DNA from: Longimicrobiales bacterium
Lineage (GTDB): Bacteria; Gemmatimonadota; Gemmatimonadetes; Longimicrobiales; Gaopeijiaceae
Reading direction: 5' to 3'
Assembly: GCA_965249725.1 (NCBI GenBank)
Contig: CBDFMQ010000002.1
Coordinates: forward strand, 2,144,001 to 2,208,000
Length of the DNA stretch: 64,000 nt
Shown here: one piece after another, positions 58,701 through 64,000 of the stretch
Layout of the letters: every line of letters begins with the position of its first letter
Numbering within the stretch: the first letter of the stretch is position 1
Position numbers and translations under genes: made by a program
The notes under the pieces: model-generated
Database searches by the model: none
Told to the model about the DNA's origin: nothing
What the model saw: the letters and a program-made list of their open reading frames with translations, nothing else

Positions 58701-59821
58701 GCGCCGAATCCGAGCTGCTACCCCTCCAGCGGGACCCGTCGGTCCCGTACGACAAGGCGAGCATCCTTGCCTTCAGCAGCGGCAAGCCTTCAGAGGCGTT
58801 CGGGGATGTGTACAGTGCCTTCGACCACGGCCCCCGCCGCATCGCCCGGCTCCCGCGCCCTCCCTATCAGTTCATGGACCGGGTCACATCCGTGGTGGGT
58901 GAGCCGTTTTCCATGAAGGCGGGCGCCAAGGCGACGGCCCAATTCGATGTCGCGGCGGACCACTGGTACTTCGCGAGCAACCGTCAGCAGGAGATGCCGT
59001 TCGCGGTACTCCTCGAGGTGGCCCTCCAACCCTGCGGATGGCTCGCGGGTTACGTGGGCTCCGCCCTCGCCGCCGAAACGGACGTGCGCTTCCGGAACCT
59101 GGGGGGCGATGCGGTCCAACTGGCGCGGCTCAACGCGGGTACGGACGTGATCACGACCGAAGTCGAGCTCACCAGCGTCTCCATGTCCGGCGGGATGATC
59201 ATTCAGCACTACGCAATGTCGCTCGAGAGCGACCGGCTCGGTCCTCTGTATGAGGGAAAGACCTACTTCGGCTTCTTCTCGGAGCAAGCGCTCGCCGATC
59301 AGGTCGGGATGCGCGACGCCGTCATCTATGAACCCTCCGCCGCCGAGCGCGAGCGCGGGTCGAGCTTCCCGCTCTCCATCGAGCGGCCGCTCCCGGACCC
59401 GAACTTTCGCATGGTGGACCGGATCGACCTCCTGGTGCCCGACGGCGGTCCCGACGGCCTCGGCTGGGTCGAAGGATCCATCGACGTGGATCCGAGCAAG
59501 TGGTTCTTCGAGGCGCACTTCTATCAAGATCCGGTCTGGCCGGGTTCACTAGGCCTGGAGGCCTTCGTGCAGCTCCTCAAGACCTACGCCGTAGACCGCT
59601 GGGATCTCCACGAAACGGCCGAATTCCATACGATGCCCCGCGAGGGTCGACATCGATGGGGCTATCGGGGCCAGATCGTGCCGGGTTGCGAGCGGGTGGA
59701 GGTGTGCGCGAGCATCACAGCAGTAGACGACGAGCTGCGGACCCTCACCGCCGACGGATTCCTCACGGTGAACGGCAGAACGATCTATTCGATGAACGCT
59801 TTCAGCCTGGGAGCACTCTAA
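52772..59821 (+). CDS. pfaBC: PUFA synthase PfaB/C fusion (KS-CLF-AT-FabA-type DH domains)
   Basis: DAACASS, HATGT; second KS-like domain lacks the catalytic Cys (SEETSG); YPGSGSQ, GYSLGE; WFLTCHFVDDQVMPG and WFFEAHFYQDPVWPGSLG. Confidence 0.9.
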   Translation: MSASEPIAIVGLGGILPGAATLDDFWNVVEAGVDTASEPPPGRWHLDLEQAYDQERARADHIYSRRACFVGEFHLDPTGLDLPSELLEAVDPMVHLALHAGRQAWQDAVTDPVDPGRVGVMLGNIVLPTVSASAMADWILGRRFEREVFRAAGVPMPTEDRVPVGSVNRWVAGLPAAVLARGLGLGGDRFCLDAACASSLFAVDLAVDALRAGRLDAVLVGGVSRPDSLYTQMGFSQLLAVSPTGRCSPFDQKSDGLVVGEGAGVLVLKRLSDALAHGDRIRAVVRSVGLSNDVEGSLLAPSREGQLRAMHGAYRAAGWRPRDVDLVECHATGTPVGDAVEFASLQALWAEEDAPATRCVIGSAKSNTGHLLTAAGAVGLLKTVLAMEHETLPPTANFEGAGEKIDLAGSPFRVLQEAEPWEAPENHARRAAVSGFGFGGTNAHVLLEEAREHVAGRASVAVPELPGESKATAESSPSESPNTGIAIVGMGARIGPWQDLTDVQQRILGRGTDHPVRPKENHWGVPDPPQGWFIEELEIPFGRFKIPPKEIEEALPQQMLMLQVAERAIADATMDDVERLRTGVFVGVEIDLNTTNYHLRWVVRNRAADWAGRMGRPTAGAEFESWVDELCDSLTPALNANRTIGGLGSIVASRIAREFELGGPSYVLASEETSGMSALQAAIRSLQTGRLDCAVVGAVDLSGDVRALLSLASTDGLASDGIPRPFDGQSQGVVPSDGAVALILKREDEARRDGDRVYAVVRGVGSAGGELAHAGGEAALRSCEIAGISPESIPYVEGHGGGVPRDDRAEARALAEIHGADTVLGCTKARVGHAGAAAGLVSVLGASLALYQQVLPTANGRDRAGPATGARGDAARDDASPTGLTPLADSRPWVCDRSEGPRRAGVLAVSRGGSCSHVVLEESVDTVHEEERTNPLGSLEEGLFVVEGDDDEAVVAGLRRLADFVGGPAGSSAGGPAGGPAGGSVGSSVAVSQLAQRWWLNESLKPEADRAVALVTRDAGETEDLARAAADQIETGADPSDRGAGRVFFTREPLGPEGRLAFVYPGSGSQFVGMGRELCLQWPDVLRGQEGTSDRLNSQLRASEIWRTGPAPTDAQTVILSQVALGTLATDLMSRFGVKPDAVVGYSLGETAGLFSTGAWHERDEMLRRTTESDLFETQLTGRCTAARSAWNLDADASLEWKIGVVDRPADEVRQVLDGRERVYLLIVNTPDECVIGGDAEAVDQAVEALGSAFHELQGVTTVHCEVAQEVADDYRNLHLLDTRPPEGVRFYSGAWGESYEVDRERAADSLLAQALHGVDFPKTVRQAYQDGARIFLEMGPGASCTRMISKILDGLPFRARSISSPTQDEPSAVLRALAMLLVERVDVDLGPLYPTALEPESESQPVIRVPIGQAGFGSIPVEPSVDRDAAPLEADPVPVEAEAGAIAVAGTASSPATFATEFPQDLAAAVRAAETTLEAHQAFLRSAEHTRRLAEAQLAHQQDLLQALTVGGEAPLLATDRSAATERPVVEDRSLALDRNQLMEFAIGSIGKVLGDRFAHVDGHPTRVRLPDEPLMLVDRVITIEAEPQSMTSGRIVTEHDVLENAWYLDGGLIPTCVAVEAGQADLLLSGYLGIDSETQGLAVYRLLDAVVTFHGDLPRPGHVIVYDIQIIRFFRQGDTWLFRFHFDATVDGRPLMTMREGSAGFFSQGELDAGKGIVLSALEQREIAGQRPDDWQDLVPMRRESFDEAQVEALRRGDLEGAFGSEFAGLDLAQPLTIPGDLMRLVHRVTELDPEGGRYGIGSIVAEADIHPDDWFLTCHFVDDQVMPGTLMYECCLHTLRIFLLRMGWIAEEGAATWQPIVGVESRLRCRGQVLASTAMVTYEINLRELGYTPEPYAVVDAMMYADGKPIVDIREMSVRLNGTNREQLEALWAGRTTEGVGALSVDSPERDTPSVHPVPERSTPSEMPVVESPGAESELLPLQRDPSVPYDKASILAFSSGKPSEAFGDVYSAFDHGPRRIARLPRPPYQFMDRVTSVVGEPFSMKAGAKATAQFDVAADHWYFASNRQQEMPFAVLLEVALQPCGWLAGYVGSALAAETDVRFRNLGGDAVQLARLNAGTDVITTEVELTSVSMSGGMIIQHYAMSLESDRLGPLYEGKTYFGFFSEQALADQVGMRDAVIYEPSAAERERGSSFPLSIERPLPDPNFRMVDRIDLLVPDGGPDGLGWVEGSIDVDPSKWFFEAHFYQDPVWPGSLGLEAFVQLLKTYAVDRWDLHETAEFHTMPREGRHRWGYRGQIVPGCERVEVCASITAVDDELRTLTADGFLTVNGRTIYSMNAFSLGAL
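55667..55738 (+). repeat. 12-bp tandem repeat x6 encoding GGPA/GSSA-type units
   Basis: ggaggcccggcg, ggaagctcggcg, ggaggcccggcg, ggaggcccagct, ggaggctcggtc, ggaagctcggtg. Confidence 0.75.
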
Positions 59822-59847
59822 ATGTACCGATGCCGAAAGGTACGCCC

Positions 59848-60927
59848 GTGAGATACTCGCGCGTGGTCATCGAACGCTTCGGGTACGAGCTGGCACCTTG
59901 TGTCGTCACGTCGGACGAACTCGAACAGCGTCTGTCATCGGTCTACGAGCAGCTCCGCATCCAGCCGGGTCAGCTCCGCCTCATGACCGGCATTCACGAG
60001 CGGCGATATTGGGATCCCGGATATACGGTTACGCAGGGGGCAACCGCCGCCGCACTGAAGGCGCTACGGGATTCATCCGTGCCGGCAGACGCACTCGACA
60101 TGCTCATCTACGCCGGAGTGTGTCGCGAGCACTTCGAGCCGGCCACCGCCTGTCACGTAGGCGCCGGACTGCAGCAAGCGGGTCATACGATCCGGCCCTC
60201 CGCCCACGTCTACGACGTGAGCAACGCATGCCTTGGTGTCTTGAATGGCATCCTCGACGTCGCCAACCGCATCGAGCTCGGCCAGATCCGCGCCGGCATG
60301 GTGGTGAGCTGTGAGACCGCCCGGGACATCGTCGATACGACCATCGCCCGCCTGAACGGCAATCCGGACATGGAGGAGTTCAAGACGGCCATCGCCACCC
60401 TCACGGGTGGGTCGGCGGCCGTGGCGGTGATCCTGAGTGACGGCTCCTTCGGGGAATCCGATCGACGGCGCCTCCGCGGAGCCGTGGTGGAGACGGCCCC
60501 CGAACATCACATGCTGTGCCGGTGGGGCGTGGAGGCCCACCCCGCGGGACAAGCGAACGGGGCCGAGGCCAGCCTGAGGGAATTCGCGAGCACCGATGCG
60601 GCGGCGGTCCTCGAGCACGGTGTGGCCCTGGGCGCACGCACGTGGGACGCCTTCCTCAGCGAGATGGAGTGGCCGGTCGCAGCGGTCGATCGCACCGTCT
60701 GTCACCAGGTGGGATCAGCCCACCGCGAAACCATGCTCCGGACCATGGGCCTGTCTCCCGAGCACGACTTCGTGACCTACGAATACCTGGGGAACACCGG
60801 CACGGCGGCGCTTCCGGTAGCGGCAGCCCTGGCAGAGGAGCGGGGGTTCATCGAGCCGGGACACAAGGTCGGCCTTCTCGGCATCGGCAGTGGCCTCAAC
60901 TGCATGATGTTGGGAGTGGATTGGTGA
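59848..60927 (+). CDS. oleA: OleA acyl-CoA condensing thiolase (FabH-like)
   Basis: MRYSRVVI..GYELAP start with GAAAGG RBS; HFEPATA (Glu), DVSNACLG (Cys), CHQVG (His), LGNTG (Asn), LGIGSGLNC. Confidence 0.9.
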   Translation: MRYSRVVIERFGYELAPCVVTSDELEQRLSSVYEQLRIQPGQLRLMTGIHERRYWDPGYTVTQGATAAALKALRDSSVPADALDMLIYAGVCREHFEPATACHVGAGLQQAGHTIRPSAHVYDVSNACLGVLNGILDVANRIELGQIRAGMVVSCETARDIVDTTIARLNGNPDMEEFKTAIATLTGGSAAVAVILSDGSFGESDRRRLRGAVVETAPEHHMLCRWGVEAHPAGQANGAEASLREFASTDAAAVLEHGVALGARTWDAFLSEMEWPVAAVDRTVCHQVGSAHRETMLRTMGLSPEHDFVTYEYLGNTGTAALPVAAALAEERGFIEPGHKVGLLGIGSGLNCMMLGVDW

Positions 60928-61811
60928 GCACGCTCTACCCCTTCGATCCGCACTACCACGATGTCGCCGGACACCGCCTCCACTACGTGGACGAGGGTTC
61001 GGGCGAGCCCGTGCTCATGGTCCACGGCAACCCGAGCTGGTCCTTCCTTTACAGGGATCTCATCGGGTCGCTGAGCGGTGACCACCGGACCGTGGCTCCG
61101 GACCACATCGGGTGTGGCCGCTCGGACAAGCCCGACGACGGGCAGTACGAGTACACGCTCGACTCCCGGGTGTCGGACCTGAACTCACTCGTCGAGCATC
61201 TCGACCTGCGCGATATCACGTTGGTCGTGCACGATTGGGGCGGGATGATCGGGATGGCTTGGGCCGTCCAGAATGTCGAGCGTCTCAGGCGCCTGGTCGT
61301 GATGAACACCGCCGCTTTTCCGCTTCCGGATACGAAACGCATCCCCGCCTCCCTCCGGATGGCGCGCGCGCCGGGGCTGGGCGCCCTACTGGTCCGTGGC
61401 GGCAACGCCTTCGCCCGCGGGGCGGTCCGTACCTGCGTGACCCGTGCGCCCATGTCGAAGTCCGTAGCCGTCGGCTATTTGGAGCCCTACGACTCCTGGG
61501 CAAACCGCATCGCCGTCCACCGCTTCGTGCAGGACATCCCGCTGAAGGAAGGGGACCCTGCCTGGGCGACCGTCCGGGACACCGCCGACTCGCTCGACCT
61601 GCTGACGGACCTGCCGATGCTCATCTGCTGGGGCTTGAAGGACTTCGTCTTCGATGGCGAGTTCCTCGACGAGTGGACCGCCCGCTTTCCCGCGGCCGAG
61701 GTGCATCGTTTCCCGGACTGTGGACACTACGTGCTCGAGGACGCGTCGCAGGAGATCGTCCCCCTGGTGCGGGGCTTTATCGAGGCGCATCCGCTCCAAC
61801 CCTCCGTATGA
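60924..61811 (+). CDS. oleB: OleB beta-lactone decarboxylase (haloalkane dehalogenase-like alpha/beta hydrolase)
   Basis: HGNPSWS, DHIGCG.SDKP, HDWGG, RFVQDIP, CGHYVLED; GTGA overlap with oleA. Confidence 0.9.
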   Translation: MSTLYPFDPHYHDVAGHRLHYVDEGSGEPVLMVHGNPSWSFLYRDLIGSLSGDHRTVAPDHIGCGRSDKPDDGQYEYTLDSRVSDLNSLVEHLDLRDITLVVHDWGGMIGMAWAVQNVERLRRLVVMNTAAFPLPDTKRIPASLRMARAPGLGALLVRGGNAFARGAVRTCVTRAPMSKSVAVGYLEPYDSWANRIAVHRFVQDIPLKEGDPAWATVRDTADSLDLLTDLPMLICWGLKDFVFDGEFLDEWTARFPAAEVHRFPDCGHYVLEDASQEIVPLVRGFIEAHPLQPSV

Positions 61812-63511
61812 CCGACGAGGTCTCCCCGCCGTCACCGGCTCCCGCAGCGGGACACGTCAATGTCGGGGCTTATCTACCTGAGATGGCGCTGAGGCAACCC
61901 GACGCGCTGGCGGTCGCCGTGGCCATAGGGAGGAACCCCGACGGCACGGGTCGATACGCCAAGCTGACCGCCGCTGACCTCGATCGGCGCTCAGACCGCG
62001 TCGCCCACGCCCTGGTCGACATCGGCATCGGCGAGGGCGTGCGCACGGTGCTCATGGTCAAACCCAGTCTCGAGTTCTTCGTCCTCACGTTCGCCATGCT
62101 GAAGGTCGGAGCTGTTCCGGTCATGGTCGATCCGGGCATGGGTACGAAGAACCTCGGGCGCTGTTTGGCAGACGCCGAGCCCGAAGCGTTCATCGGCATT
62201 CCGAAAGCGCACGTGGCGAGAATCCTGTTCGGGTGGGCCAAGGCTACCCTGAGGACCAAGGTCACCGTAGGCCGTCGCCTGTTCTGGGGTGGGCACTCCC
62301 TTGCCTCCCTCGAGGCTCGCGCGACCGCCGACCCCTTCCCCATGCTGGATCCGGACCCGGAGCAGACCGCAGCCATCCTGTTCACCAGCGGAAGCACGGG
62401 GGTCCCCAAGGGTGTGGTGACGCCCTTCCGGGTGTTCTCCGCCCAGGTCGACGCGCTCCGCGACGTGTACGGCATCGAGCCGGGCGAGCGCGACCTCGCG
62501 ACGTTCCCGCTCTTCGCCCTCTTCGGGCCCGCGCTGGGGATGGCCTCGGTGGTACCGGACATGGATGCCAGCCGGCCGGGAGCCTCGGACCCCGAGCTGC
62601 TCTTCCAGGCGTTCAGTGACTTCGAGTGCACCAACCTCTTCGCATCGCCGGCCCTGATCGAAAAGCTGGGACGGTATTGCGATACCCAGGGTCTGGAGTT
62701 GACCTCGCTGCGGCGCGCGATTTCGGCCGGTGCCCCCGCGTCGAATCCGGCCCTCGAGACCTTCCAGAAGTGCCTTCCTGAATCTGTCGAGGTACTCACG
62801 TCGTACGGGGCCACCGAATGCTTGCCGGTGTCCTACCTGGGCAGCGAGACCATCCTCCGGGAGACGCGGCAGCTCACCGAGCAGGGAGCGGGCGTCTGCG
62901 TCGGAAGGCCCGTGCCCGGAATGGAGGTCCGGATCCTACCCATCACAGAGGAGCCGATCGAGCGCTGGTCGGAGGAGCTCGCCCTGCCCACCGGTGAGAT
63001 CGGCGAGATCACGGTTCGTGGTCCGGTGGTGACGCATACGTACTTCCGCCAGCCCGACGCCACGAAACTCGCCAAGATTCCAGCCTCTGGTGGAGGCTTG
63101 TGGCACCGAATGGGGGACGTGGGCTACCTGGATGCGATGGGCCGCCTGTGGATGTGCGGCCGGAAGGGCCACCGTGTAGAGACGGATGGCGGAACGCTCT
63201 TCACCATTCCGTGTGAAGCGGTCTTCAACACGCATCCCGCCGTGCGGCGAACCGCACTCGTTGGAGTTACACGCGGAGGTGGAGCAACGGGGGGCGGTGT
63301 AACGCCCGTGCTCTGCGTCGAGAAGGAGGCCACGGCCGGCACGGATGACCAAACGCTCTCGCAGGAGATCCTCGAGATCGCTCAGAAGCACGAGCACACG
63401 GCGGAGATTCGGACCGTGCTCTTCCACGAGTCCTTTCCCGTGGATGTGCGGCACAACGCGAAGATCTTCCGCGAGAAGCTCGCCGACTGGGCCGAGGGCG
63501 AACTGGCATGA
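61808..63511 (+). CDS. oleC: OleC beta-lactone synthetase (AMP-dependent ligase)
   Basis: FTSGSTGVPKG, TFPLFALF, YGATECLP, WHRMGDVG, FPVDVRHNAKIFRE; ATGA overlap. Confidence 0.9.
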   Translation: MTDEVSPPSPAPAAGHVNVGAYLPEMALRQPDALAVAVAIGRNPDGTGRYAKLTAADLDRRSDRVAHALVDIGIGEGVRTVLMVKPSLEFFVLTFAMLKVGAVPVMVDPGMGTKNLGRCLADAEPEAFIGIPKAHVARILFGWAKATLRTKVTVGRRLFWGGHSLASLEARATADPFPMLDPDPEQTAAILFTSGSTGVPKGVVTPFRVFSAQVDALRDVYGIEPGERDLATFPLFALFGPALGMASVVPDMDASRPGASDPELLFQAFSDFECTNLFASPALIEKLGRYCDTQGLELTSLRRAISAGAPASNPALETFQKCLPESVEVLTSYGATECLPVSYLGSETILRETRQLTEQGAGVCVGRPVPGMEVRILPITEEPIERWSEELALPTGEIGEITVRGPVVTHTYFRQPDATKLAKIPASGGGLWHRMGDVGYLDAMGRLWMCGRKGHRVETDGGTLFTIPCEAVFNTHPAVRRTALVGVTRGGGATGGGVTPVLCVEKEATAGTDDQTLSQEILEIAQKHEHTAEIRTVLFHESFPVDVRHNAKIFREKLADWAEGELA

Positions 63512-64000
63512 AGGCGCTCGTCACCGGCGCGGGGGGCTTCCTCGGGGGTGCCATCGCTCGGGCACTCAAGGCACGGGGCGACGATGTGCGTGGATTCTCT
63601 CGCGGTGATCATCCCGAGCTTGCGGCCGATGGCATCGAACACACGCGCGGATCCGTGGTCGACGTGGACGCCGTGATCGAGGCGGTCCGAGGTGTCGACA
63701 TCGTGTTTCACGCGGCCGCCAAGGTGGCCGCAGGGGGAGCCCGCAGAGACTTCTGGGACACGAACGTGACGGGCACCGAAAACGTGGTCGGGGCATGCCG
63801 TGAGTGCGGGGTTGGAGCATTGGTCTACACATCGACGCCCGCCGTCACCTTCGGGAAGACGGACTTGGAGGGTGTCGACGAGTCGATCGGGTACTCCGAC
63901 CGCTTCGAGGCATTCTACGGTGAGAGCAAGGCGGCGGCCGAGCAGTCGGCTCTCGCCGCGGCCTCCGATGACCTCCTGACTGTGGCCCTCAGACCTCATC
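63508..64000 (+). CDS. oleD: OleD 2-alkyl-3-oxoalkanoate reductase (3' end outside window)
   Basis: Hand translation from ATG 63508: MKALVTGAGGFLGGAI...VFHAAAKV...NVTGT..V...LVYTSTP...YGESKA.AE...LRPH. Confidence 0.88.
   Translation, partial: MKALVTGAGGFLGGAIARALKARGDDVRGFSRGDHPELAADGIEHTRGSVVDVDAVIEAVRGVDIVFHAAAKVAAGGARRDFWDTNVTGTENVVGACRECGVGALVYTSTPAVTFGKTDLEGVDESIGYSDRFEAFYGESKAAAEQSALAAASDDLLTVALRPH

Noticed and set aside
60924..61811. Haloalkane dehalogenase
   Set aside because: Its position between oleA and oleC and the FVQDIP motif favour OleB

Overview
GC-rich bacterial window. The gene content (RCC1/Ig lipoprotein, DUF5916 pair, DUF1592/DUF1552/ankyrin cassettes, many exported peptidases) suggests a diderm such as Gemmatimonadota; this is inference only. 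1-38 kb: mostly exported or periplasmic enzymes and transporters, including a tandemly duplicated c-type-heme DUF1592-DUF1552-ankyrin cassette whose downstream copy carries a 7-bp frameshift deletion and an in-frame TAG. 38-44 kb: a 165-bp CTAG-flanked rod-shaped MITE-like element, then a compact bacteriocin/RiPP-like locus. The locus has two small precursors with non-canonical 'G-M' double-glycine-type leaders and identically placed Cys23/Cys53, an ABC exporter pair, a C39-peptidase ABC transporter and a membrane protein. 44.8-64 kb: a closely packed pfaD-pfaA-pfaBC PUFA-synthase cluster directly followed by oleABCD (olefin synthesis), running off the window end. I saw no rRNA, tRNA or CRISPR array. 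All family calls come from motif recognition, not database searches.
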